A stretch of 64,000 bases of DNA from Tenericutes bacterium ADurb.BinA124 (GCA_002068415.1 MVZM01000004.1:3445-67444); one strand, 5' to 3'; positions 7,762 to 17,732 are shown, counted from the first letter of the stretch. Made by a program: numbers and translations. The notes: generated by a model not told the origin, from the sequence alone.

Positions 7762-8130
7762 CTACCATTCGTGTGGATGTCTATCACCAAGTTCGATATG
7801 AATTTTATTGTGGCAACTCTTACAAACGCTCATAAGGTTTGAATCTTCATTCCCACCACCACGATTAACTGGTAAGATGTGATGAACTTCATCCATTGGA
7901 GTAATTCTTCCTTCTTTTAAGCAACGTTCACACAAAGGATGTTCTTTAGCATATCTATCACGGATTCTTTTCCAAGCACGACCATACTTTTTATTATGAT
8001 CAGACGAACGAGAATATCGATTGTATTCTTTTGCAACAAGTCCCTTATGCTCTTCGCAGTAACTACCTTCAGTAAGATTAGGACATCCTGGATATTTACA
8101 TGGTTTTAATGGTTTATGTGGCATATCCAT
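7762..8130 (-). CDS. Phage packaging-associated HNH endonuclease
   Basis: CERCLKEGRITPMDEVHHILPVNRGGGNEDSNLMSVCKSCHNKIH, a classical HNH core with flanking Cys pairs. Confidence 0.85.
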   Translation of the reverse strand: MDMPHKPLKPCKYPGCPNLTEGSYCEEHKGLVAKEYNRYSRSSDHNKKYGRAWKRIRDRYAKEHPLCERCLKEGRITPMDEVHHILPVNRGGGNEDSNLMSVCKSCHNKIHIELGDRHPHEW

Positions 8131-8149
8131 TTCCTCCTTTTACTGCAAT

Positions 8150-8198
8150 AAAAAAAGCCCATAGGATTGCTCCAAATGGACTATTATTCTCTATGGCT
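8150..8198 (-). terminator. Leader hairpin plus T7 run between a promoter-like site and the HNH/terS genes
   Basis: Minus strand reads AGCCATAG-(26 nt)-CTATGGGCTTTTTTT. Confidence 0.45.
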
Positions 8199-8206
8199 TT
8201 CGCCCA

Positions 8207-8215
8207 ATTATATCA
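8207..8215 (-). promoter_or_regulatory. Extended -10 promoter-like element (TGaTATAAT) for the packaging operon
   Basis: Minus strand reads TGATATAAT immediately downstream of the regulator gene. Confidence 0.4.
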
Positions 8216-8254
8216 TATCACACTATTGACAAAGACACCATTGGACACGCTTGG

Positions 8255-8671
8255 TCACACCTGGTCAATTTTTATTAGCTCTATAGCTTGGTCGTGTTTC
8301 CTTCTAACTGTCTTATCCGAATAATAAACTTTAGCGGCTATTTCGCTCCAAGTAAGCCAATCTATGTAACGATAAGTTAGAATCATTTGTAAGTCTTCAT
8401 CCTTAACTGTGTTGATTGCTTTTTCAATCTCCATTCTTACAAGACCAGCTTTCTTTTCTAATTCTTCCAACTCTTCTTCGGCTTCAATGCCTTTATAGAT
8501 CCACCTTACAAATGGAGCTTCATAACTTGGACTAGGATTATTGATTCTTTCACCATAACAAGGACCGGGAATGGATGAGGCTCTTTCATTACAAAAGTCG
8601 ATGTATTGCTTTTTCTTTTCTATCTTTTCCAAGATATTATGATATCTACATAAATAAGTCTTCTTATCCAT
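8255..8671 (-). CDS. Phage late transcriptional regulator with a sigma-70 region-4-like HTH (ArpU/RinA/DUF1492-like)
   Basis: C-terminal LTWSEIAAKVYYSDKTVRRKHDQAIELI. The gene lies immediately upstream of the packaging genes. Confidence 0.6.
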   Translation of the reverse strand: MDKKTYLCRYHNILEKIEKKKQYIDFCNERASSIPGPCYGERINNPSPSYEAPFVRWIYKGIEAEEELEELEKKAGLVRMEIEKAINTVKDEDLQMILTYRYIDWLTWSEIAAKVYYSDKTVRRKHDQAIELIKIDQV

Positions 8672-8674
8672 ATC

Positions 8675-10042
8675 CTACACCTCCGCTTTTACTGCTTTTA
8701 ATAATGCATTTTGTCGTGTTGCCTTTCCGTGAATTACATCAAGTACATCTTCATCGATAGTTCCTTTTGAAATAATGTGAATCACTATTACACTTTCTGC
8801 CTTTTGACCTTGCCTGTATAATCTCGCATTGGTTTGCTCATAGAGTTCCAAACTCCAAGTTAAGCCAAACCATACGATTACATTTCCACCACTTTGAAGA
8901 TTAAGACCATGCCCAGCTGATGCAGGATGAATTAAACCAACATTAAGTTTTCCTTCATTCCATTTTCTAATTGCATCATCTTTATCAAGGCATCCATAAT
9001 TGACTCCAAGTGAATCTAATCTTTCTTTGATTCTTTCCAAATCATGTTTGAACCAATATGCCACTAACATTGGTTTTCCGTTCGATGCTTCAATCAAATC
9101 TTCTAAAGCATCTAGTTTTGCATCGTGGATCTTAAATGTTGATCCATTATCTATGTATAAAGCACCATTAGAAACTTGGAGTAATTTATTAGTTAGTACA
9201 GCTGCATTTGCTACTGTTATCTCTTCATCTTTATCCTTTAGTTCTTGAATGAAATCATCTTGAAGATTCCTATAAACCTCTATTGCATTATCAGGCATTT
9301 CAACTTCATGATTTCGATAGATTAACTTTGGCATCTTAAGATAATCTTCTGCTTTCATTGACATCGTGATATCAGAAATCTTGTGATAGATAACCTTGTC
9401 AGCACCTGGAATTAGCTTATACGAATACACAATTTCGCCATTCCTCTTATCAGGGATAAAGTACTTATTACGATAATGAGTTATAAATCTTTCAAGCCTT
9501 ACACCATAATCAAGCAATTTGAATTCGGCCCATAAATCCATTAGACCATTTCCTGAAGGTGTACCAGTTAGACCTACTATTCTTTTGGCTAAAGGTCTTA
9601 CTTTAAGTAAACTTTTAAATCTTACTGATTTTCCATTCTTGAAACTTGATAATTCATCAATAACAATCATGTCATAATCGAACTTATAACCACTTTTATC
9701 GATTAGCCACTGAACATTCTCACGGTTGATAATGTAGATGTCGGCTTTTTCATCAAGTGCCTTTTTCCTTTGTACTTCAGTTCCAACTACAACCGAGTAT
9801 TTAAGAAAATTCAAATGTTCCCATTTTTCAATTTCGCTAGGCCATGTAAACTTTGCAACTCTTAGTGGAGCAATAACCAAAACCTTATGAACATCAAATG
9901 AATCAAAGAGTAAATCAAATAATGCAGATAAAGTTATAACTGTTTTACCTAAACCCATTGAAAGAAAGACTGCACTTGCTTGTTTTTCTTCAATAAAATT
10001 AGTTGCATATTTTTGATAATCATAAGGTTCGTATTTCATCAA
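8675..10042 (-). CDS. SNF2-family helicase/ATPase
   Basis: Walker A LSMGLGKT, DExx box VIDELSSF, motif III LTGTP, C-terminal helicase motifs (QTNARLYRQGQ). Confidence 0.9.
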   Translation of the reverse strand: MMKYEPYDYQKYATNFIEEKQASAVFLSMGLGKTVITLSALFDLLFDSFDVHKVLVIAPLRVAKFTWPSEIEKWEHLNFLKYSVVVGTEVQRKKALDEKADIYIINRENVQWLIDKSGYKFDYDMIVIDELSSFKNGKSVRFKSLLKVRPLAKRIVGLTGTPSGNGLMDLWAEFKLLDYGVRLERFITHYRNKYFIPDKRNGEIVYSYKLIPGADKVIYHKISDITMSMKAEDYLKMPKLIYRNHEVEMPDNAIEVYRNLQDDFIQELKDKDEEITVANAAVLTNKLLQVSNGALYIDNGSTFKIHDAKLDALEDLIEASNGKPMLVAYWFKHDLERIKERLDSLGVNYGCLDKDDAIRKWNEGKLNVGLIHPASAGHGLNLQSGGNVIVWFGLTWSLELYEQTNARLYRQGQKAESVIVIHIISKGTIDEDVLDVIHGKATRQNALLKAVKAEV

Positions 10043-10301
10043 TTATTCCTCCTATTTGTTCCTCATCGTCAAGGACATAAACCCTAAACCCCATCTTCCT
10101 TAACATCTCATGTCTTTTGACTTGTAGTTTTCTTGGTTTCTTACCTTTAGCTTTGACTTCGACAAACGCCATATGACCGATTGCTATAAGAATCAATCTA
10201 TCAGGCATCCCATCAAAGCCAGGACTTACAAACTTCAAGGCAATACCACCATTCTTTTTAACTTCTTTACAAAGTTTCTGCTCAATCTTTTTCTCTTCCA
10301 T
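10020..10301 (-). CDS. VRR-NUC domain nuclease
   Basis: GMPDRLIL...AFVEVKAKGKKPRKLQ pattern (PD-(D/E)xK). Confidence 0.8.
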   Translation of the reverse strand: MEEKKIEQKLCKEVKKNGGIALKFVSPGFDGMPDRLILIAIGHMAFVEVKAKGKKPRKLQVKRHEMLRKMGFRVYVLDDEEQIGGIIDEIRTL

Positions 10302-10435
10302 AACAACCTCCTATGACATGGTCTACTTAGTCGATATACAACTTTTTCTATATAGGTTTTTTTGGCCATTTTTTGCTATATGCAATAGTTTGTATTTAGA
10401 CTATGTAGACTATGTCGTTTTGGCTTTTTTCCTTA

Positions 10436-12700
10436 CTACGTAAGGAACTCCTCAAAGTCAGTCACAGTCGAATCAATAAGCTTAAGTCCTTTGATGTACT
10501 TGATTCTTTTTTTGACTTCCTTCTTAAATCCATTTTTTTCTAAGGCTGTATAAAAGTCACTTGTGCTTCTTGGATACTCACCAATACTAGAACAGTAAGC
10601 TCGATATGAAGAATAAAGTTGACTTGATGAAACTTCATAACCTTTACCTACTTCACAGCAATCTTCAATGAAATGGTTAAACCAGTTAGATTGTTCCTTA
10701 TACTCTTTGATGGCATCAGTTACTACCTTTGGTTCTGCTATTCTAAACTTTGAATCGATGACCTTCTTTGCACCTTCAATAAGCCATGAAAGGATATACT
10801 CTCCTGCATTCTCATAAAGGTAATCAGCATAGTTTTTGATGTCATCTTTGCCTGTTAGTTTTCTTGTATATGGAATAACAATTAAACGTCTCCAAATACC
10901 ATCATCGCTTCCTGATATTCTTGGAAGGTGGTTAGTATAAAGGACTAGCATATGGGTAGGCGTGAAATAGAAAGGGTCTTTGTACTTCTTTTCTGCCATC
11001 ACCTCATCAGTTGAACATAGTTGTTTTATCATCGACTCATTTAGCCTTGCTCCTTCTTGAGATTCACTAGCAATAAGCAATCTTCTTCCTGCCATTTCTG
11101 CCATTTCTGGCTTTACATTTCGCCTTACGCTCGTAGTTAGGGCATCAGCCGACAATTTACCTGAGTAGTTTCCTAAAACGCGGAATATGGCGTTCCAAAA
11201 TGTCGACTTGCCGTTTCCACCATCGCCATAAGCAATTATCATGGCTTCGATAAAGACTTTACCTATTACTGCAAGCCCACATATTTTTTGAACATAGTCA
11301 ATAAGCTCAGCATCGCCATAAATCTTATCCAAGCAATCAAGCCATAAATCCTTACCTTTATTACCTGGTGATACTGTTGTAATCTTAGTAATAAAATCTT
11401 CAGCTTTATGCTCACTAAAACCACCTAGCCCTTTTCTTAAGTCGAAAGTGCCACTAGGCGTATTTAAAAGATATGGATTCTTATTAAGTTCGCTTGGCAT
11501 AATTTCAACAATAGGTCTAACTTCCTTTAATGTTGCCGAGATATACTTGCTATCCCTACGCTTATAAACGAACTTTAAATATTGCTTATTAGTTTCTAGT
11601 TCTTGAACATCGTTAAATAGATCCTTGCTGATCTTATCTTGAAGGTTCTCACCCTTTTGAAGAGTGGAAATTACATCAAAAACGCCACCATTCTCAAGTT
11701 TTTTATTTAAATTTGCAATTTTAGTTAATGCTTCTTTCAATTGCTTATCAGTTAACTTTTGAACTAATCTTTGTGCCTTTTCTTCTGACTCTTGCCAATA
11801 GCCGTTTGTGTAGACTAAGAACTTAGTTGATGGTGAATAACGAAGACATGATTCATATGTGTTTTTAAGAACAGTAGCTTGTCCTAAGTCAGTAAAATCA
11901 TCAGGACGATACGACTTATCATCGTTGTACTTTTCCGGTGTTACATAATTAGGATTTTTAAGAACAGTATTTCTATAGAAATTTAAGGCACTGCCCCAAA
12001 TCATCTTTAATTCATTATCTTCAACAGGTGGATTACATCTTTCATCATTTGCTTTAACAAAAGAATTATAAGTTTCATCGCATTCACCAAAACGAACCAA
12101 TAGTCTAGCTGCAAGATGCGATAGATATGTATTTCTTCCACCCTCCTCAATAACTATTTCACTATTAAGTTTGGCAAACTTATTTTCATCTAGAAATTCG
12201 AGGATATTCATATCACCATCTACCCACTCTACTTGTGGTTCGCTAGTGCCATAAAAGAACCTTGCTGCGTCTTTAGCACCAAAGTCGAAGAAAGGATAGA
12301 TTGATAATATCTTCTCTTTTAATTTCCTATAGTCTTCATAATTTTTGATTGGTTCAATTGGAAAGAAAATATGGAATTTAGGGCGAGCCTTCTTTCCTTG
12401 CTTTTCTTTCATGTTGTTTCTTGAATAATGCACTGCAAAAGAAACGCCTGGTAGCATCTCTTTAATTGCTTTAATATCAACCCACTTGCTTTCATCTTCA
12501 GTATGCGTGTTATCACAATCAAGTGCTAAAGTATCAGCTATAACAAAATCAGCATTAGATCTATGAAAGTTCTTGTATTTAGCACAAACATAATCTTTGC
12601 TGACTGCTTTCTTAAGTGAATCAATATCTACTACTTTTATCTCATGTGGATAATAAGAGTTAGTTTCTTTTTGAAGTACATCAGATATATAAAAATGCAT
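10436..12700 (-). CDS. Primase-helicase (VirE/prim-pol-like N-terminus, D5/P4-type P-loop C-terminus)
   Basis: 754 aa with Walker A AYGDGGNGKST and Walker B-like LLIASE. Position is typical, next to the polymerase. Confidence 0.8.
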   Translation of the reverse strand: MHFYISDVLQKETNSYYPHEIKVVDIDSLKKAVSKDYVCAKYKNFHRSNADFVIADTLALDCDNTHTEDESKWVDIKAIKEMLPGVSFAVHYSRNNMKEKQGKKARPKFHIFFPIEPIKNYEDYRKLKEKILSIYPFFDFGAKDAARFFYGTSEPQVEWVDGDMNILEFLDENKFAKLNSEIVIEEGGRNTYLSHLAARLLVRFGECDETYNSFVKANDERCNPPVEDNELKMIWGSALNFYRNTVLKNPNYVTPEKYNDDKSYRPDDFTDLGQATVLKNTYESCLRYSPSTKFLVYTNGYWQESEEKAQRLVQKLTDKQLKEALTKIANLNKKLENGGVFDVISTLQKGENLQDKISKDLFNDVQELETNKQYLKFVYKRRDSKYISATLKEVRPIVEIMPSELNKNPYLLNTPSGTFDLRKGLGGFSEHKAEDFITKITTVSPGNKGKDLWLDCLDKIYGDAELIDYVQKICGLAVIGKVFIEAMIIAYGDGGNGKSTFWNAIFRVLGNYSGKLSADALTTSVRRNVKPEMAEMAGRRLLIASESQEGARLNESMIKQLCSTDEVMAEKKYKDPFYFTPTHMLVLYTNHLPRISGSDDGIWRRLIVIPYTRKLTGKDDIKNYADYLYENAGEYILSWLIEGAKKVIDSKFRIAEPKVVTDAIKEYKEQSNWFNHFIEDCCEVGKGYEVSSSQLYSSYRAYCSSIGEYPRSTSDFYTALEKNGFKKEVKKRIKYIKGLKLIDSTVTDFEEFLT

Positions 12701-12717
12701 ATATTAAATCCTCCGTA

Positions 12718-14661
12718 TTAATCTTTTTTGTAGAAGCTGCATTCATAGCCCTCGGCATTAAGAATTAAGCCATTAGCCCATGAAGGAACCTCACTCATTT
12801 TCTTAGACACGTCTTCGACCTTTAAATCGAGTGGTGCATCTATTACCACTTCATCATGAATATGCATAACTATCGGTAGATCTAGATTCTTCATCGCATA
12901 CACAAGTAAATCTCTAGCTGTTGCTTGAACGATGTTTTCAACAAACTTTGGACCGTAAGATTCTAATCGTTCCCATTTCTTTGCTTGAGACAAACCCATA
13001 TAAGTGATTTGCCCATCAACAACTTTAGGCATTGAATAAGCAAGCCTTCTTCCACTTGGAAGAGTGATGAAAAGAGTCCCACCAAGATATGCGAATTCTA
13101 AATTCTTAAACTTAACTGTTGTTTTATTTTCAATAGCCTTGATGACTGCTTTATCAACATCCCACCAAAACTTAGTAATATTTGGGTTTGCTACTCTCCA
13201 TGATTCAACAAGCGGCTTTAATTCATCTTCTTTAAGCCCCATCTCAATTGCACCCATAGCTTTAAGTGCTCCTACTGATCCACCATAGCCAAGTGCAAGT
13301 TCTGCAATCTTTCCTTTAGGTCGTAGTTCACCATTGACTCCGTGTTTTACTACAGGTACATGGAACATTTGTGATGCAGATGCACAATATATGTCTTCAC
13401 CATTTTTGAAAGCATTTAATCGCCACGTCTCTCCTGCATACCAAGCAATAACACGTGCTTCAATAGCAGAGAAATCAGATACAATAAACTTATGTCCTTT
13501 TGAAGGGATAAAGGCAGTACGAATTAACTGCGATAATGTATCAGGCACATCTTCATATAGGATTTCAACAGCATCAAGGTTTCCACCTCTCACAAGAGCC
13601 CTTGCTTCAGCTAAATCTTTGAGATGGTTTTGTGGTAAGTTTTGTAGCTGCACTATCTTTGAAGAGAACCTTCCTGTACGATTAGCTCCATAAAACATAA
13701 ACATTCCATGAACCTTGCCATCACTACATCTAGCACTTTTCATTGCAAGATATTTTTTGATTGAAGATTTGGATACTTGTTGGCGTAGCAATAATACTTG
13801 TTGCACCACTTTGTCATCAGCATAGCCTATAAGGTTAGCTACCTCTTTTTTACCTAAAGTTTCAACTTCTACATCATTTTCAAAGAGCCAACTTTTAAGC
13901 TGTGCCACAGAGTTTGGATTATCTAATTTAGTTAGGTTTTGAAGGGTTTTTATATTGAAATCCCTAGTTTTTTCATCAAAGTCGATAGCATTATCAACTA
14001 GAGTTTCATCTACTAAAACACCTCTATCATTTATAGTTTCTGATAGGTGATATTCATCCCAAACAAAATCAGGAACAGGGTACTTACTAATACGTTCTTG
14101 AATAGCCATTTCAGTTTCAACATCACGGATATTGTATTTCTTAAACAACTCCCACTTTTCTTTATCGTGGTAGTAATAGTTACGAGTCCTATATCCATTC
14201 TTGCTTGTTGGTCTACATGGAACACAAAAGTACTTAATTAGATCCTTACCTTCATTTAGTTTTTGCTTATCAAGTCTTAATATTTCACCTACTTGTTTTA
14301 ATGAAAAAGCGAGTCCTAAATAAGCACTCCAAGTCATGGTGCATCTCCAAGAATCAGGCGATAGATATTTTCCTTTTTCTATTCCAAGATGCCTTGATAA
14401 ACACACTCTTTCAAATGTTGAATTATATGCGTACTTTATTACATCATCACTTTTAATGGCATCAACCAGGAATCCTGGAAGTGGCTCACCTTGTGCTAGG
14501 TCAACCACCTCCACTTTTCCGTTGTTTATTGCATACGATAATAGTAATATTTCAAAATCGTTGGATTCGGCATATTTGTATACGCCACACTTGTTTAAGT
14601 CTGTGCTTGAGTAGGTTTCAATATCAAGATGTAATGACTTAATCAAGGAATCCATCATCAT
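12718..14661 (-). CDS. Family-A DNA polymerase with a 3'-5' exonuclease domain
   Basis: ExoI LHLDIETYS. Pol motif A FIVSDFSAIEARV. Motif B KGKIAELALGYGGS. Motif C VMHIHDEVV. The start is ambiguous (three consecutive ATGs at 14655..14661; the track uses GTG at 14676). Confidence 0.9.
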   Translation of the reverse strand: MMMDSLIKSLHLDIETYSSTDLNKCGVYKYAESNDFEILLLSYAINNGKVEVVDLAQGEPLPGFLVDAIKSDDVIKYAYNSTFERVCLSRHLGIEKGKYLSPDSWRCTMTWSAYLGLAFSLKQVGEILRLDKQKLNEGKDLIKYFCVPCRPTSKNGYRTRNYYYHDKEKWELFKKYNIRDVETEMAIQERISKYPVPDFVWDEYHLSETINDRGVLVDETLVDNAIDFDEKTRDFNIKTLQNLTKLDNPNSVAQLKSWLFENDVEVETLGKKEVANLIGYADDKVVQQVLLLRQQVSKSSIKKYLAMKSARCSDGKVHGMFMFYGANRTGRFSSKIVQLQNLPQNHLKDLAEARALVRGGNLDAVEILYEDVPDTLSQLIRTAFIPSKGHKFIVSDFSAIEARVIAWYAGETWRLNAFKNGEDIYCASASQMFHVPVVKHGVNGELRPKGKIAELALGYGGSVGALKAMGAIEMGLKEDELKPLVESWRVANPNITKFWWDVDKAVIKAIENKTTVKFKNLEFAYLGGTLFITLPSGRRLAYSMPKVVDGQITYMGLSQAKKWERLESYGPKFVENIVQATARDLLVYAMKNLDLPIVMHIHDEVVIDAPLDLKVEDVSKKMSEVPSWANGLILNAEGYECSFYKKD

Positions 14662-15202
14662 CGCCACCAAAATCACTCTCAGGTGTAGACTTAGTTCCTA
14701 AAGGTTCGCCATCAGCTATCTTTTGAAGATTGTTAAGTCCTACTGCGATACCACGTGCTCCATTGTTGTTATAAGCATAGAAAGTGATTGAGGCACGACC
14801 ATAAACACCACTATAGACTTCGCTATGATCTAAGATTGGATTGCAATCTACATCAACGATTCCAGGTGCAGTTGCAGAGTTGGCATTGACGAAATATGCA
14901 TTTTTATATGCTTCATCATCAGGACGTTCTACATCACCATCACGAAGAGGTGTGTGGATAGCTGCAAGTGCAGGAACGCTTTTTGCATTTCCTTTAAGCT
15001 TAGATTCGCCTTCTTGGTAAGCTGCGTTGATAGCATTCTTAATTTTTTCGATTGTTTGAACATCATCTTTAGGGATGATTAAGCTAACTGAATATTTAGG
15101 TGTAGCACCTTCGTTAGCTGCCTTTGGAGTCCATACATTTGCATAGCTCCATCTAGTTTTTTTACCTGTAATTACCTTTGTTGGATTTATAATTTTACTC
15201 AT
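14639..15202 (-). CDS. DUF2815-family protein (phage ssDNA-binding-like)
   Basis: RWSYANVWTPKA...KYSVSLIIPKDD...PLRDGD...YFVNANS...VYSGVYGRASITFYAY pattern. The ATG at 15202 has an AAGGAGA RBS. Confidence 0.7.
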   Translation of the reverse strand: MSKIINPTKVITGKKTRWSYANVWTPKAANEGATPKYSVSLIIPKDDVQTIEKIKNAINAAYQEGESKLKGNAKSVPALAAIHTPLRDGDVERPDDEAYKNAYFVNANSATAPGIVDVDCNPILDHSEVYSGVYGRASITFYAYNNNGARGIAVGLNNLQKIADGEPLGTKSTPESDFGGDDDGFLD

Positions 15203-16358
15203 TGTTATTGTCTCCTTTTTCATTTAAATCTTTGAAATCTAATTCAGCCGTTGTGACTTCAGGTCTTTTATCTTCGTCACGTTTAGCTAGGGTTAGTCTT
15301 CCCTTTGGTTTGAAGATGTAAGAATTTAATAATTCTTCAAACTTCTTTTTTCCGATTAACGACTGCATGGATGTAACGCTTAATACTTTCTCTTCATAAG
15401 GATTAAATCCTGCGTCTTTTACTACTTTTGCAACTTCATCTTCATCAGTCCACTTACGATTGCTTCTACCTTCGACAAGTTTATAGCGTTCGTACTTATG
15501 ACCTTTGATAGCTTCTGATAAAGCAAAATCTTTTACTGTGTTTAACCACTCGGTTATATCTTCTGCTTGATCCAAAATCTCTTCTATTTCCTCATCATTT
15601 AATAGAAACGGTGGTTGAAAATCTTTCTTTGCAACATCAAGATTTTTATCTCTTAATGCCTTACAAATTGGCTTTGCTTTGCAAAATTTACAATGTTTTC
15701 CTGGATGGAATTCTTCACTACCTTCCTTAATTTTTCTAATAGCATCTTTAAGGATTGTATCGGACCACTTATATAGGTCATCTTTAGAAATGCTCCATTC
15801 GGATACGTTAGATAATCTAGGTTGATAGATACACAATTTGATGTTGTTGATGTCATATAGATGGCCGAACGTTTCGATAAGGCAAAGAGCATAAATTTTT
15901 AGTTGAACATTATCGGTAGCATCAATTTTTACGCCCATGCCATACTTCAAATCAACTATCGTTAAGTCACCATCAGCTAAGACTGCAAAGTCACAAGTGC
16001 CAAATAGTCCTTCACCGTATCTATCAGTAGATACTTGTTGTTCCACCATTGTTACGACATCCTTTGTCTTCTCTTTGGCTTCAGCTACTTTTTCATTGCA
16101 ATAAGATACATAACCTGCGATATGATCTTCCATTTCTTTGTTGTACCAAGTTAAGTCGCCAGTGTTTATTTCAGCTTTTTCACCAAGACTGTTTAATAGT
16201 CTTACTGAAGCTAGTTCATGTGCATCAGTTCCTTCACTTGAGAATAAAGAAATTTTTTCAGGGATACCTTTACTTGCTTTAGCACTTCCAGGACAAGCGA
16301 TGAGTCTTGCCCCAGAAGATGGGCTAAACAAATCCGAATGACTAGTTGGACTCGCCAT
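15195..16358 (-). CDS. DUF2800-family PD-(D/E)xK nuclease with a Cas4-like Cys cluster
   Basis: SPSSGARLIACPGS...SEGTDAHELA N-terminal pattern, DLKYG core, and C-terminal HCKFCKAKPICKA. Confidence 0.75.
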   Translation of the reverse strand: MASPTSHSDLFSPSSGARLIACPGSAKASKGIPEKISLFSSEGTDAHELASVRLLNSLGEKAEINTGDLTWYNKEMEDHIAGYVSYCNEKVAEAKEKTKDVVTMVEQQVSTDRYGEGLFGTCDFAVLADGDLTIVDLKYGMGVKIDATDNVQLKIYALCLIETFGHLYDINNIKLCIYQPRLSNVSEWSISKDDLYKWSDTILKDAIRKIKEGSEEFHPGKHCKFCKAKPICKALRDKNLDVAKKDFQPPFLLNDEEIEEILDQAEDITEWLNTVKDFALSEAIKGHKYERYKLVEGRSNRKWTDEDEVAKVVKDAGFNPYEEKVLSVTSMQSLIGKKKFEELLNSYIFKPKGRLTLAKRDEDKRPEVTTAELDFKDLNEKGDNNNE

Positions 16359-16662
16359 CACCAATCACCTCGGCTTGAAGATATAAATCTTCATAGTCTT
16401 CTTCTTTAACTTCAGATAATTTATTAGCACCAAAGCTCTTAAGTAACGCTTTAACCTCAGCTGTATAGCCATCACGACTCTTAGCTGCAAGCAATGTTCT
16501 AACTTCTTCTAAAGTTAATTTTTTCTTTTCTTCTTTAGGACTTTCATCCTCCGTTGGTTTAGAAGAAAATAAAGAATGTAAGTCATCTACTAAAGAAATA
16601 ATCTTTGTAGCAGATTCTCTTAACTCTTTTAGAGTTAAATCAAGTTCACTCATCTTGCCCAT
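16342..16662 (-). CDS. Hypothetical acidic protein (106 aa)
   Basis: ORF in operon context; overlaps its neighbours; no recognisable motif. Confidence 0.5.
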   Translation of the reverse strand: MGKMSELDLTLKELRESATKIISLVDDLHSLFSSKPTEDESPKEEKKKLTLEEVRTLLAAKSRDGYTAEVKALLKSFGANKLSEVKEEDYEDLYLQAEVIGDGESN

Positions 16663-16823
16663 GATTTACCTCTCTTGTTTTGATTTTTAAGTGAATCAAT
16701 CATCACTTTCTTGGCTAACGATCTCGCTACAACGGAAATCGAGATAAGAGTTGCGACTAGCTCATCCTCTAGTCTTGGCTCTCTTTTGCGATAACCATGT
16801 TTGTAATTGTGTTGCTTTTTCAT
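16650..16823 (-). CDS. Possible small basic protein (57 aa), not in the ORF track
   Basis: Own translation: GGAGGT RBS, then ATG at 16823: MKKQHNYKHGYRKREPRLEDELVATLISISVVARSLAKKVMIDSLKNQNKRGKSWAR. Its stop overlaps the start of the next gene. Confidence 0.35.
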   Translation of the reverse strand: MKKQHNYKHGYRKREPRLEDELVATLISISVVARSLAKKVMIDSLKNQNKRGKSWAR

Positions 16824-16924
16824 GGCTCTTACCTCCTGAATTTATTTGAAGGATTTTTTGCAACTCTTCTTCCTTCAGGAGTTAAGGGACAGTTTTTTAG
16901 TTGGTTTTAAGCATTTTGCTAAAA

Positions 16925-17563
16925 TTAGTTACTTTTTTTCTTTTTTTCGTATATTCTTCTAATTTTTTCTAATCGTTGACATACAGCTGAAATTGAAATG
17001 CCTAGTCGTTTTGCTATCTTTGTTTCACTTTTCAGTTCAAACAATAGATTAATTGTTTCCATATAAATCGATTTTTCATTTCTAAACATTTCTTTTACTT
17101 TTGATTCCAATGTTTCTGATGAATTTTCTTCATCCATATCTTCTTCATAGCTAAATTGATAATAATTATCTTTTGTAATAAGATGCCCATGCTCATCAAG
17201 TTCAAGTTCATATAAATCATGGAGTTCATCAAGTGATACTGTTATTTGTCTATGACGTTGCTCTTCTTTTTTATCACGCCAATATGGACGCATATATCTA
17301 AGGAATAATTCTCTATCTAAGTAGATATAGGTATTATTTTCTAAATCGTATGCGTATACACGATTCTTGCTTGGATGATACCAATCAATTTGGAAATCCA
17401 TGATGTATTGGAACTTCTCTAGCTTTTCTTCATAGTTTGGATCGTTCTTATCCACATCAAATACAAACTTATCAACTACGTCTTCTACCCATGTCTCAGG
17501 GTGTGCTTTAGCCTCTTTAGTAAGGTAGGCCATCCTTTTTTCATTTTTGTTAAAATTTGTCAT
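16925..17563 (-). CDS. First early-operon protein with a C-terminal sigma-r4/LuxR-like HTH
   Basis: C-terminal IAKRLGISISAVCQRLEKIRR. The ATG at 17563 is preferred (AAGGAGA RBS) over the track start at 17644. Confidence 0.55.
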   Translation of the reverse strand: MTNFNKNEKRMAYLTKEAKAHPETWVEDVVDKFVFDVDKNDPNYEEKLEKFQYIMDFQIDWYHPSKNRVYAYDLENNTYIYLDRELFLRYMRPYWRDKKEEQRHRQITVSLDELHDLYELELDEHGHLITKDNYYQFSYEEDMDEENSSETLESKVKEMFRNEKSIYMETINLLFELKSETKIAKRLGISISAVCQRLEKIRRIYEKKKKSN

Positions 17564-17732
17564 TACTTTGTCTCCTTTTTGACTTAATTTCTTTGTCAGA
17601 AAAGGTTTCAAAGCATGACCACCTAATGTAGATGAGCGAAACAAAAAGAGATACAGCTTTTAAGCCTTATCTGACTCTTTGCAATCGCTCCTTCGCAATA
17701 GGTTTGACTGCTAATTATTTAGTTATTGATTC

